A DNA stretch of 64,000 bases. It comes from Octopus sinensis. Its lineage: Eukaryota. The notes beneath the pieces are model-generated. The model did not search any database. It worked only from the letters and a program-made list of their open reading frames with translations, and was not told where the DNA came from. The first letter of the stretch is position 1, and each line of letters opens with the position of its first letter. The stretch lies in assembly GCF_006345805.1 (NCBI RefSeq), contig NC_043008.1, forward strand, positions 55,366,001 through 55,430,000. Direction: 5' to 3'. Of the stretch, positions 11,864 through 24,963 are shown in pieces. Both the position numbers and the translations under genes were made by a program.

Positions 11864-11898
11864 CTGAAGCCAGCAGGTTAGAGTAGAGGGTAGATTAA

Positions 11899-12109
11899 CC
11901 CTTTAGTGTTTGCATTATTCTGCCAAAATTAATCCTTTTTTATCCACATTGCCTTGAACTAATCAGGCATTATCTTGTAGCTATGAGATTTTGATGAGGT
12001 AGCTGTTGATTTTTAAAATGATATTGTAGGGCTGGTGTGAAAGACCAGATCTGGCCAGTTTGAACATAAAACAGGCAGAATACTTTTGGCCGGTTTAAAT
12101 GCCAAAGGG
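11899..12109. mobile_element. piggyBac-type MITE
   Basis: TTAA flanks (11895-11898, 12110-12113); termini CCCTTTAGTGTTT / AAATGCCAAAGGG. Confidence 0.8.
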
Positions 12110-12893
12110 TTAAGTACCTAGACAGATCATGACCAAGAGTATCCCTGCTGGAATAGGAGTCTCTTTAAAAAAATTAATTGAACTGGGTGTCAACCCCCAG
12201 TATGCAACAAGTACCTGTGTCATTAACACGAGAGAAATGAAACCCTAATTTTAATGAAAGGCAAACACTAAAATCAGAAATTAAAAATGTTTGTGTGGAG
12301 TTGGGTGGGGTGCTTGTCCCAGTTTGGTTGACTGACAATAGATTCCTACATTATGGCTGAATAATTGGCAACAGGTGGAGCATCCAAATATAAAAAGGTT
12401 TACTACCTTACCTACATTTTCAAAGAAGTGTGTGTGAGTGAGAATGTTTATGTGGGTGTGTGCATGTGGATGCATACATGTATATATATGCGAGAGTGCA
12501 AATATGTGGCTGAATGGTTATGTGGATGCATGGGTATGTGTCCGTACGTACGTATGCATGAATAATCAAATAAAATATTCCCCCCACCTAAAGGCATTCT
12601 AAATATTCCATACAACGTTTCACTATTCATGTTTTACTAATTTCTCTTTCCCTTCATTGTTTTCACTGTTCTTTGATATAAGGGACCACAGTTAAACAAC
12701 ACCAGTGTTCTTTGATGTAAGGGACCACGGTCAGTGAGTGTAGACATAACAAAATAACAAAACAATTTGACAAACAGTGAAAATACATTGTAGACTAAAC
12801 AGATAGATTCTGACCAGTGTCCTTATCTTCAAAGTTATGGTCATAATATTTCAACTGGTGTACTCCCTGGCCTTCTTCAGGTGTTTTTTGTAT

Positions 12894-13276
12894 TACTCTT
12901 TTACTTGTTTCAGTCATTTGACTGCAGCCATGCTGGAGCACCGCCTTTAGTTGAGCAAATCGACCCCAGGACTTATTCTTTGTAAGCCTGGTCTCTTTTG
13001 CCGAACCGCTAAGTTACGGGGACGTAAACACACCACCATTAGTTGTCAAGCGATGGTGGGGGGGGACAAACAGGCACACAAACACACATATATATACATA
13101 TACATATATACAATGGGCTTCTTTTTCAGTGTCCATCTACCAAATCCACTCACAAGGTTTTGGTTAGCCCAAGGCTATAGTAGAAGACACTTGCCCAAGG
13201 TGCCACTCAGTGGGACTGAACCTGGAACCACGTTATTGGTAAGCAAGCTACTTACCACACAACCACTCCTGCACCT
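12894..13276 (-). mobile_element. SINE family A, full length
   Basis: Complete tail-to-head match to the family consensus seen at 43793. Confidence 0.9.
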
Positions 13277-13390
13277 ATTCACATAATTTACAACCCATTA
13301 TTTTTCTTTTTAAAGAGGGGTATACTGTTCTCATTCCAATTTCCAAACCAAGGATACTTTTGCTACTCATCTTTAAATTTGTAAATTTAC

Positions 13391-13429
13391 CTGATCATAC
13401 TTAAACCAAAGTATATAGCTTCACCGATC
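13391..13429 (-). other. candidate 39-nt exon (IGEAIYFGLSMI in phase 2-2)
   Basis: Acceptor ctttgagttcaatttcag; donor CAG|GTAAAT; only one frame stays open. Confidence 0.35.
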
Positions 13430-14409
13430 CTGAAATTGAACTCAAAGCCACAAGCTACGTTACTACACTTAACAATTTAATCAATGCTTATATCCACTAT
13501 CCCATTGTCCAAGAATGGACAAAATTGAAAATAATTCATACCTCATGAGAATGAAAAAGGAGGGTTTTATTCTTAATTCCAAAAACTGCTGAATACAAAG
13601 CTTGAAAGAGCTAAGCCCTTCTCAGCCCACAGAGTATAGGGCATCCTCTTTCGAGTTTTGTCACTGATGCCTTTGTAACTTTGCTTTTTTTTTTTTTTTT
13701 TTCTAGGTCAGAGTGTTCACACTGCACAAACCGATTTTTACCTCTAGGGAGAGGTGGTGGGGGCCATATTAGTCTGGGCATTGCCCTGTCTTACTTTCCT
13801 TGCTCTCGCTCCCCACACCACCACCACCACCACCACCACCACTCAATTCACCTCTGGTCTTTCAGAGTCGTTGAGACACACAAGCCACCATCCTGCAACA
13901 AGGACTGGACCCTTGTGGTAAACATCTATACATGCCTCTATGATAAAATATATGGATCACCTTTTGTTTCAATAATGTGTACACAATTCTTCAATCAACT
14001 AAACCGACCTTTCCCCCGCCCACACACACAGACACCTAGTTTCACTCACAAGGCTTGGGTTGGCTCATGTTCTATACTGAAAATAAGAATGGTTTCAAAT
14101 TTTGGCACAGGACCAACTGTTTCAGAAGGGAAGCGGAAGCTGATTACATCAACTCCAGTGCTTAAATGGTGCTTATCATCTCAACCTTGAAAGCATGAAA
14201 GGCAAAGTCCACCTTGGCAGAGTTTGAACCCAGAATGTAAAAGAGGGACAAAATGCCACAAAGCATTATGTCAAGCAGGCTAATTAATGGTTCTGCCAGT
14301 TCACCGCAGAAATAATATACAAATGTATTCTTCAGGAATATTTTCACGTTTCAGTTGATATCAATCAAAAATGAAACAAAATATAGAAAATTCAGGTTCT
14401 TACAATCTC

Positions 14410-14760
14410 TACCATCTTCTCTCCCCTGCTTCCTTTCTCTCCTTCTCTCTCCTATTTTTATATCTATCTTTCCACACACTCCCTCTCTCCTATTCCTGTG
14501 TCATACACTCTCTATCTTTCTGTACTCTCTCTCTCTCTCGTTTTTACATTCTGCATTCTTTCATTATTTCTTTCTATTGCTTGTTTTCCTGCTTCCTATT
14601 GAAACAACTTCATTCTCTCTTCAACGAGCTCCTCTCTCCCTCCTTCGTTAGCCCTTTCCGGCACTTTGTCTTACTTTCCTTACTCTCACTCCCCCACCAC
14701 CACCACCACTCAATTCACCATTGGTCTTTCTCTGTCTTTTCATCGTTTTAATTCTTTTAT
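14410..14760. repeat. CT-rich low-complexity tract
   Basis: Pyrimidine-rich degenerate (CT)n with (CAC)n. Confidence 0.8.
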
Positions 14761-16467
14761 CCAAGTCAAACATCTGTATTCAATTCAAACATTAAACATT
14801 CTTTAAATAAATCTAATAAAAATAACTAAAAAAAAAACAAAACAAAGATTAAAACTAATTTATCCTATAACTAATTAATATTCTCCATCATTACCACCAC
14901 TACCACTACTACCTTCATTTGCCTGGTTTAGAACATAAATTAATAACATATCAATCATCATTGCTCTACACTTGATGAAACTTTCCCATATGAAGAGTTT
15001 GGAACAAATCCAATGAAGATACGCTGCTGCATATAACAACCTGGATATACAGACACAAATAGCTAATTCAGTGTTGATGATGATGATGATGATGATGTGG
15101 TTGATGAAAATTTTTTACCTCATTTTCGATTCACTCAGCAGATTAGGAGAGCAGACATGTTAAGGAAAAAAAGAAAAAAAATGCTTCTGAATATTTTCCA
15201 TTGACCACAAAAACCTTGATACACAACCCCAATGTTTTCCAAGTTGAGTTCCAAGGAAACCCATGGCTTCATGAAAATAATTCTGCCTTTTAATGAAATA
15301 TAATAAAAAAAATAAATTTTATAAAAATTAATGCATATAAATGCAGGCATGGCCGAGTGGTTAAGAACCTAGCTTTGCAACCATGTGGCTTCAGGTTCAC
15401 TCTCACTGTGCAGCAGTATCTTGTAAAAATGTCCTCTACTATAGTTTCAGTTTCTGTTGAGTAAATTCTTTCACAAGGCTTTGGTCGGCCCAGAGCAATA
15501 GTAGGTACCATACAGTGGAATTGAACTTAGAAACCATCTGGTAGGGAACTGAACATCTAAACAACACAACCATTCCTCCCCTTTATAACAAAATAAATTT
15601 TGGAAATGCTGCTTTACCTTTCAGGTGTTAAAGGAATGTGCCACAACAGGTGAGTAGATAAGGATGCTGCTGGTTGCCTCTTGCACCTCTGAGAAATTTT
15701 AAAACATTATATCCATTTGTCAGCAATATAGGATCTGGAGCGATTTTCTTGAGACACATTTTCAGAAAAAGATATATGATCTTCTAAGACCTTAAACTTA
15801 TCAGAAACAGTTTTTAGTACATTAAAGCACATAATATATGATCCTTAAAACAAGTCACTGAAATCTTATGGAAGGTTATTCAGACTGTGGTTGTAGTGTC
15901 ATCATGACAGTGATAGCAGCACACACAGAGAAAATGTCTTCTACTATAGCTGAGCATTGACCAAAAGGCTCGTGAGTGGATTTTGGAATTGGAAACTGTA
16001 AGAAGCCCATCAAACTGTAAGAAGCCCAGCTGACTTTTCTTGACATCACTTGATATCAGGAGTGTCGACATCAAACAGGTAAACGAATGCTGACATCGAA
16101 CAGGTGGTGCTATTTGTTCCTAATCTTCTGTGAAAATATGTCCAGCCATGCGGAAATATTAACCTGCTTGCAGACAGGTGAGAAGAGCACCTGGCTGTGG
16201 AAAATCTATCCTCAACAAATTCTGTTTGAGCCATGCAAGCATGGAAAAGGAGATACTAAAATGATAATAAATGATTATATATATTATTCCTTTGCAAGAA
16301 TAGTGTTGACAGTAACTTCAAAGTTTCAGCATACTAGCCATCACATAACTCAACATAAAAACGAGCATTAATATACATATATATATATATAATGGCTCAG
16401 TGGGTAGAATGTTGCACTCATGATTCCACTTGCTAGACAGGGTGGTGCGTTGTGTTTTTTGAGCAGG

Positions 16468-16973
16468 TGTATATCACCTTATGTTGCTCTGTGATCACTT
16501 TGACACCTGATGCGTGGTACACTGTGCACCTGTTCAGGTAACGTTGATTTGATGGAGGGAGTGAACTACTGTGCAGCACAAACATTTGATCACTATAAAC
16601 AAATCCTTTGTACAGGTCATTCGGCAAAAGCTGAATGCTCATACGTCATCTTCGACAGGAGAGTCCATATATATAACGTGTATATGTACATACATGCATG
16701 CACACACACACAAACAAGAATGTATATCACCTTATGTTGCTCTGTGATCACTTTGACACCTGATGCGTGGTACACTGTGCACCTGTTCAGGTAACGTTGA
16801 TTTGATGGAGGGAGTGAACTACTGTGCAGCACAAACATTTGATCACTATAAACAAATCCTTTGTACAGGTCATTCGGCAAAAGCTGAATGCTCATACGTC
16901 ATCTTCGACAGGAGAGTCCATATATATAACGTGTATATGTACATACATGCATGCACACACACACAAACAAGAA
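16468..16973 (+). repeat. exact 253-bp tandem duplication covering the body of a tRNA-headed SINE (family D, head at ~16393)
   Basis: 16468-16720 and 16721-16973 appear identical; the ORF track shows identical peptides offset by 253 nt. Confidence 0.92.
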
Positions 16974-17697
16974 CTTCCATAGTTTCCATCTAACAAATCC
17001 CACTCAGAAAGCATCAGCCAACCAGGTGATGTGCAATGGGATTAAATACAGCTCCATGCAGCCGTGAGATAAGCTGAACCACCACCAGCCACCAAACAAA
17101 AAACAACAAAACTGACAAACTGTAAGGAATCTCTAATTTTAGTTGGGTCTATGATCTTACAGTATAGAAATTGGTCACCTGCCAATAATAGAATGGTTGA
17201 AGGTACAAAAAAAAATCCCTCATGCATGAGCTAACCTTTATGGAATAGCAACAATAAGTACTTGTGAGGATAAACCAGCAACCTGGTTTCAAATCCCAGT
17301 TACGACAGTTTCACATAAGACACACCAGTTTGTCTTATTAAAGAGCGCAAACCTGGAGTAACTCTCACCCTATGCAAAATAACCCTCACGAACCATATTT
17401 GAAGGCATAAAAGATGCACAGGGATACAGGTACCACACAATTTCAGCAGTGCATATCCAGGAGAAAAAGTTTTCAGAGCATTAAAGCATGTAATATAGAC
17501 CCAATTATGCATATAGGATCTGGAGTGGTTTTCTTGAGACATATTTTCAGAAAAAAACATATGGTCTTCTAAGACACACCTTAATATCAGAAACAGTTTT
17601 AAGCACATAATATATGCTCAACTTTGCAGACAGGAAAAAGAAAGTGTCTTAAATGCTATCAAATACAGTAATAAGAGCAATCATTTAGTTTATACAC

Positions 17698-17737
17698 CTG
17701 TACGGTAATTCTACTTTGTCTGCAAAATCATGTGCAG
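17698..17737 (-). other. candidate 40-nt exon (xAHDFADKVELPY, phase 1-2)
   Basis: T-rich tract ttttattgtttgtgttgttgtcgctgtgctgaatag; donor CAG|GTGTAT (moderate). Confidence 0.3.
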
Positions 17738-18115
17738 CTATTCAGCACAGCGACAACAACACAAACAATAAAAGTATCTCTGATAAAAGACAGAATTTCC
17801 AGCTAAAGTTTCTCGGGTTTTAAGTTTAAAGATAGGAGGAAAAAAAAAACTATTGCGTGCAACAAAAAAAGTAAAAATCTCATCAAAAATTGGTGCCAAT
17901 TTGAAGATAAGGATATTTATTCTTTAACTTCAGGGAGGGGTGAGGTTGTCATTGATAAATAGAAACAAAGATAACTCTAACCAAACAATTTTATTAGGTT
18001 TTGGTATAATATTTTTAGCAAGATGTTGGTTAAACAAAACATTAGATCACAAGTGTTCGTGTGTGTGTGTACCTATGCCTAAACTAAGAAAAGATCTTCT
18101 CACACTCTCTCTCTC

Positions 18116-18150
<35 letters not shown>

Positions 18151-21100
18151 GTATATAAACACATAGATGCACACATATATACATTTGTGTGTATATACAT
18201 ATATATGCGAACATACAATTATACATGGACCTAAAATCATGTATATATGTTATTTTGTGTTTATCTCTGTTTCCATGTACGTGAGTGTACACACACACAC
18301 ACACACAATGTAAATGAAAAAAATATATTTAAAAAAACATGACAACAAGAATTCCTTCTTAACTTAGACACCGACATGATGTAAAACGCCAATAAAAGTG
18401 GCAGCAAGTTCTGTGTAAAGGTATACCTTAAAGATCTATGTTTAGGGAGCACCAAATACAAGCAAACAAAACAGTAACTATTTATTCATTGCCAGAGAAG
18501 AAGAAAAATAATAAACAGAAGAAAAACTCATCCTAAAATTTGTCCCCTTACCACCACCAGCCCCACCACTGCCATACTTTGTGTGTTCTGAGAGATAAAA
18601 CTGAGTGGGATTTGAACCACTCCTACATTATCTTATCTCAGCAAGGCTACCTTGATGATGGCTTGTATGAAATAAAAAGGGGTCTCAGTCAGACATTTCA
18701 ACTTCTGCCCCGCCCCCGCCTTCCCCACTCCGCACTGTGTCCCCCCTCGTCCGCCCACTACCAGCTAGTACTGCCCTCACTCCCTTACCTCTGGTTGGTC
18801 CCTACTATATGTAATGAATTTGTAACAAACTGAGATGCCTAGATAGCCATATCCATTGCATGCACACGCCATCACACTATGCCACACCCATAAAACTACA
18901 CATTTCCCCACCACTAGACCTCCGCCTCATCACATTGGTGAGAATAGATAAATAAATAACTACAAAATAAAAATAAAAACTAAATAATATATATCCTGAG
19001 CTAAGCTAATGATGTTTCCTTTTGTTTTCTTTTACCTTTTTAAAACTTTTCCAGTTTTTAATTGTCTTTTTATTTTGTTTTGTTTTTGCATTTGTTTTGC
19101 AAGATTGTTGCCTTTGAAAGGTTGTTGTACCTTGGGAAGGTCAGTTTACCAATAACACACATGCATTGGTTGTATTTCACTTATTATCATTAACCAAATA
19201 TAGTAAGCTGACAAAATCATTAGCACACCAGACAAAATGCTTCATGATGTTTCTTCTGGCTCGATGTTCAGAGTTCAAATACCACCAGGGTCAAAATTGC
19301 CTTTCATCCTTTTGGGGGTTGATAAAATAAGTACCAGTTAAGCACTCAGATTATTGTTATCAATAAGCCCCCTCTCTCAAAATACCAGGCCTTGTGTGTA
19401 TAGTAGAAAGGATTATTAACTAACTTATAGGAGCAACACTTTTTATACACCATGGTGTATCCATGGAGCAATACTTTTTATGGATAGCTAACTCTTCTTC
19501 AACAATGACTTAGTCACAGAGAAATAAGAGAAGCTCAGAAGCTCTCAATTTCGGGTTCACTACAGCCATTCTCTGTTATAAACTGTGCCTAGGAAATAAA
19601 TACAAAGGCTTTAAACCTAAGATGTTCTCTGTAGTTAGTGTCTGAAGAAAGTCTTGCATTATTTGTTTCAGCTTTTCATGCCCTGATATCAAATCTCACC
19701 AAAACTGTTTACCAATGTCTGCTTTGGCATGGTTTCTACAGCTGGACGCCCATCCTAACACCAACCATTTTACTAAGTACACTGGATCCTTTTTTTCCAT
19801 GGCACCAGCACTAGTGAGTTTGTCAGGTAACTTATATGACTAAAGAGATCCCTCTGTATAGTTCAGAGGGAAGTATGCTGTGGAGAAAGGACATAACTAC
19901 ATCACATTATATAAATATAGGTGGAATAATACTAAAGCCTACTCTTATTCTAATCCAAGTGAAAATTTAATTGAAAATATATTTACAATATAATTATTGT
20001 AACTGGTTTAAACATTTTATTCCTAAGAAAAAAACCCACCTCTCCTCTAAATACTCAGTACCCTTCAGGGCACATCCTTGATAGTTATCACCCCACTTGT
20101 GAGCTCACAATTCCACCAAAGGGGTTGCTACCGCTCAGCTTAAGAATGACTGTGGTAGTGTTTTGTAATGTTAGTGCAATATTCCCTTTGATGATTTTGA
20201 TGAAAGGCAATTTTCAATAGCATTATCACCATTATTTCAGAGGGCATAATCCTTAGTTAATATGTTGTCACAAGAATGTTTGCAAATCAGGAAAAGTATC
20301 ATAACAGCTGTCGACAATGACATTTCTACCTAGTCTTAAGAGCCATCAGGCCAGCTTTGTGAACACATTTCATAAATAATTTCAATATTCCCAATTAGCC
20401 AACAAATCAATTCAAGATGGGAAAAATTTATTGTCTATGAATTCTTGCACATATTTCTATCTTTAATTGCATAGTAGCAATTTCATTTTTTTTTTTTTTT
20501 TTTGACATCAGACATTTTTTCTGTTTATTTAGGAAATGGTTGATCGGTTAGTAATAACAACAATTGTCCCAAGGGGAATTGCTAGCAGACACTTCATCAA
20601 CTGTCACAAACTCTGATGGCGTAAAAATTCCACACAGAGAAAATACATACAAAGAAAAAGGTGTTTGATCATGGCAACATTATCATTCATTTGTTTTCAT
20701 GTTGACCATAATGTTTGTCATATGAAATATTATTGTTGTTATTATTTAGTCAAGTACTAAAGTATTATTATTATTTAGTCAAGTACTGAGGTTGATGGTA
20801 TTGACTCACCTCCTTCTCTCAAAATTGCTGCTCTTATACCTTAAATTAAAAACAACCCTCATTATTATTATTACTATTATTTATAGGTACTGGATTGATA
20901 GTATCAGTGAAATGACTGACAAGGCAGTATAAACATGTAGAGTAAATATTCAAACATCACTGCTATCATTTGAAATCCCACTGGAATGTTTGGCCCTCCA
21001 AAACCATCTTGGTATATAAGTCAACCTACCATATTTTGGCTGTAAATTCTTATTGAAAAATTTCAATTTGTATGCTGAAAAATAAGGTGTCTGAACTCAC

Positions 21101-21375
21101 CAGCTTCACTGTATAATTATTGCCAATACAGACAACAGCAGTTTCCTCAGACTCTTGGTTTTGGCCCCTCTATATTATTTACTTTAGCATGAAGTACTGA
21201 GTGTTATGCTTTAAACAACCTAGACTATAGAATGAAATTGAAGACATAACCAAAATCTTTAATGTAATGACAAAGTTTTATGATGATTAATAATGTAATA
21301 ACCAACAGGGTACCACAGATATTATGGGGATGTAACCAATCAAACACCAATTGTTGAGCAGTAAAAGACAAAAAT

Positions 21376-21420
<45 letters not shown>

Positions 21421-22642
21421 GAGCTTTCACAAAGTTTCATTTTAATAAATTCACTCAGAGATATTTCTCAGCCCAGGGTTATAGCAGATTTGCCCAAGGT
21501 GCTATGCAGTAGGACTGAATCTGAAACCACATAATTGCAAAGCAAATTCTTTAACCACACAGTAATGCCATAAAAATTATTACCATTATCCTCAACATCA
21601 TATCTAAATATTTTATGTGCAAAATCTAGTTGGAGCCAGAATCATCCCACTACTTCAGCATCCAACAATAAAAATAAAAACATAACGAGAAGCTTCACCC
21701 TCAACAGACCACAAAAACCACACAATGCATTCAACCTAGCAATGGATGGAAATAGGTAAGTGTAAGATTTCACATACTACAAATAATCGCACACAAGTTA
21801 AACATCCATCTCCTTAAAGAGGCCTCAGAGTTTTTACTATGCAGAAAACATATTCATGTATTTGCTTAATTTATTCCTTGCAAGTAGATATCCTAAGCAT
21901 ACAGCAACACCAGTATATATGTATATATATATATATATAATATACATACACACACACATATGTATGTTATAATTTTATATGTTCCAGTATGTAGTAGAAC
22001 ACAAGGCAATATCTTATATATAAATATACTAGAAAACAATAGATAAGACAACAGTTACATTTTGCAACCACAAATAACTGCACTAAGGTAAATATTTCTC
22101 CACTTCACAAGGCCTGAATGTTCTATATTCACACAGTGTGTGCGCACAAATTATTCAGTGAAGGTATAATCCTGGCAAACATTCTGAACTGCAGTAAAAA
22201 AGAAAAAAAAAAGAAGAGAAACTAAAAAAAAAAAACTGAGTATGTTCTTCATTGGGAAAGATGCAAATAGTTCCAACAATGAAATATGTTTTATGCAGCA
22301 TAGAATTCATCTCACAAGGCATTGGTCAACCCAGAGTTATAGCAGAAGCTTACAATGTGTGTCTGTGTCATCATTTAACATCCACTCTCCTTGCTGACAT
22401 GGGTTAGACAGTTTGACTGGAGCTGATGAGCAAGAGAGTTGCACCAGGTCCCAGTCTGATTTGTCTTGGTTTCTACAGCTGTATGCCCTTCCTGATGCCA
22501 ACCACTCCAGATGTGTAATGGGTGTTTTTACATGCAACTGGCATGGGTGCCATTTACATGGCACCGCAATGACCACAACTATGATGCACAGGTGCCATTT
22601 ACATGTATGTAAATGTGTGTGTGTGTGTATATATATATAAAA

Positions 22643-23038
22643 TACAAAAATGGGACAAGAATGCAAAACACAGACAGGTAAAACAAAACATCCAGACAGA
22701 CGATACATCCTTTGTCGAAAGACACCTGTTGTTATGTCCTGTTATATATATTTGTGTAACATTTTTTTTTCTTTTTTCCATCCTTGTTTCGTATACATTC
22801 ACTGCTTTCTTCCAAGGAATGTAATGCTCTTAGCTTATTTTTCCTTGGGGCTGGCCAGATTGGAGCAATCTTGAGTATAACCAGCCAAAATTGCAAAGAT
22901 AATCTGGAACTTGACTGAGGATAGAAAACTCCGAATGATCCGTCCTTGTTTTCCTTGTATCATCTGTCTGGATGTTTTGTTTTCCTTTTTGTGTTTTACC
23001 TAACTGTCTGTGTTTTGCGTTCTTGTCCCATTTTTGTG
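22643..23038. mobile_element. Penelope-like non-autonomous remnant bounded by inverted repeats
   Basis: Arms 22643-22706 and 22957-23038 are reverse complements apart from an internal indel; internal ctgaggat...ctccgaa resembles PLE pseudo-LTR motifs. Confidence 0.5.
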
Positions 23039-23104
23039 TTTTTTATACATAAAATGTAGTGGTGTATGCAAACTTTGGTCTATATATATATATATACACA
23101 CACC

Positions 23105-23136
<32 letters not shown>

Positions 23137-23344
23137 CACCTATGTATGTATGGACTTGTTTCAGTCATGCTGAGGCACTTGAAGGATTTTAGTTGAAAAA
23201 GATCATCCCTAGTACACAGTTTATGAGTCTGGTACTTATTCTACCAATCTCTTTTACCAAACAGCTAAGTTACGGAAATGTAAATGAAAACAAACCAACA
23301 CAGGTTGTGAATTAATGATAAGTGTTAAAAACACAAAGACACTC

Positions 23345-23680
23345 ATTATTGTCATCATTTAATGTCCGTTTTCCATGCTGGGATGGGTTGAATGGTTTGA
23401 TTGAAAACTGGTAAACTGGGGAACCACACCAGGTTCCAATCTGATTTGGTATGATTTCTACAGCTCAATGCCCTTCTTAACACCAACAACCCCAAGAGTG
23501 TAGTGGCTGCTTTTTACATGCCACCAGCATGGGTGCCAGTTATGAAACACTGGCATCGGCCATGACTAAGATCTCCCTTGGCTTGACAGGTCTTGGTCAC
23601 TTGTCACTGCCTCTGTGAGGCCCAAAGTTCAAAGGGTGCTTTTTAAGTGTCACCAGCACAGGTGCCAGTTACATGATACT
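23345..23680 (-). mobile_element. retroposon family C (decayed)
   Basis: catcatttaatgtccgttttccatgc tail, tgcccttc core and tandem units. Confidence 0.75.
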
Positions 23681-23890
23681 GCCATACACATATACAACTG
23701 ATGGGTTTCCACAGTTTCTATCGTCCAAATTCACTCACAAGGCACTGGTCAGTAGGGGGTTATAGTAGAAGACCCTTGCCCAAAGTGCCACGCAGTGGGA
23801 CTGAACATGGAACTCTGTGTTCCAAAACAAGCTTCATAACCACACATCTCTGTGTATGAATATTCTTTTACTTGTTTCTGTGTATGAATA

Positions 23891-24285
23891 TTCTTTTACT
23901 TGTTTCATTCATTTGACTGAGGCCATGCTGGAGCACTGCTTTAAAGGGTTTTTTAGTCAAAGAAATCCACCCCAGGACTTATTCTTTGTAAGCCTAGTAC
24001 TTATTCTATCAGTCTCTTTTGCTGGACCGCTAAGTTACAGGGACATAAACACACCGACAACAGTGGTTAAGCAATGGTGGGAGGACAAACACAGACTCAA
24101 TGAGATACACACATACACATATATGATGGGCTTCTTTCAGTTTCCATCTACCAAATCCACCCACAAGACCTTTGTTGGCCCAGGCTATAGTAGGGGACAG
24201 TTGTCCAAGGTGCGACACAGTGGGACTGAACCTGGAGCCATGTGGTTGGGAAGCAAGATTTTTAGCACACAACCATGCCTGTGCC
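23891..24285 (-). mobile_element. SINE family A, full length
   Basis: Tail-to-head match; a ~29-bp direct duplication (tctgtgtatgaatattcttttacttgtt x2) lies at its tail end. Confidence 0.85.
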
Positions 24286-24417
24286 TAGTGACATTTCATG
24301 GCTTGGCTTGCTTCTGTCAGAGCAAAGCTGCCATGATGTTTACATTCCTTGTTGTATTATGACCAGCTGTTCCACATTGTAGAAAAAGCACTAGGAATAA
24401 AAAAAAAGGGCCCTTAC

Positions 24418-24454
24418 TTGTAGAAAAAACAGCATGTTCACAATGAAATGGCAT
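24418..24454 (-). other. candidate 37-nt exon beginning with ATG (MPFHCEHAVFST + phase 1), in frame with TRIM
   Basis: Acceptor tattctcttgtcgccttcag; donor CAA|GTAAGG. Confidence 0.4.
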
Positions 24455-24524
24455 CTGAAGGCGACAAGAGAATATGAACTGTCAGTCCTTTGTCTATTAG
24501 TCAAACAGTTGTGTGTATGCATGT

Positions 24525-24735
24525 AGCTTTATGGTAAGGGTGTTGCACTCATGGTCTTGACCTTGATTTCAACTCCCAGACTGGGCAGTGTGTGGTGTTC
24601 TTGAGCAAAACTATTGTGTATGTGGACAGACAATGTCAATTTGATGGAAGGAAATGAGATCACGGACAGCACAAACATTTGATCACTATATGAACAAATT
24701 GTCTGTGCAGGCTGTTCAGCGAGAAACTGCAGAGC
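24525..24735 (+). mobile_element. SINE family D (decayed)
   Basis: Shares gttgcactcatg, ttgatggaag and cagcacaaacatttgatcactata with the 16.4-kb copy. Confidence 0.7.
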
Positions 24736-24743
24736 CCTCTTAA

Positions 24744-24963
24744 CCCTTTCGTTACCAACCCGGCTGAAACTGGCTCTGGCTCTTTGGTATAAATATCCTG
24801 TTTTCATAAGTTTTGAATTCAAATCTTTCACCAAATCTTAGTTAAAATTTATGTTCCTAACACTAGCTTAATGATAACCAATTTATTTTACTAAATTCTT
24901 TGTTATATTTAAAATAATTGAAAGAAACACAGAGCATCTCAAAATAAATGAGTAACGAAAGGG
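24744..24963. mobile_element. piggyBac-type MITE
   Basis: TTAA at 24740-24743 and 24964-24967; perfect 12-bp TIR CCCTTTCGTTAC / GTAACGAAAGGG. Confidence 0.88.

Noticed and set aside
15625-15649. + strand 25-nt micro-exon-like segment (tttcag|...CAG|gtgagt); similar segments at 48117-48131 and 61882-61898
   Set aside because: No + strand gene to attach them to; 15625 abuts a dispersed repeat, and such site pairs are expected by chance. Kept only as context for the bidirectional-promoter idea.
23817-24362. 181-aa ORF and similar ORFs at 12951, 25984, 44860 and 58339
   Set aside because: Chance frames through SINE family A; the same peptides recur at each copy.
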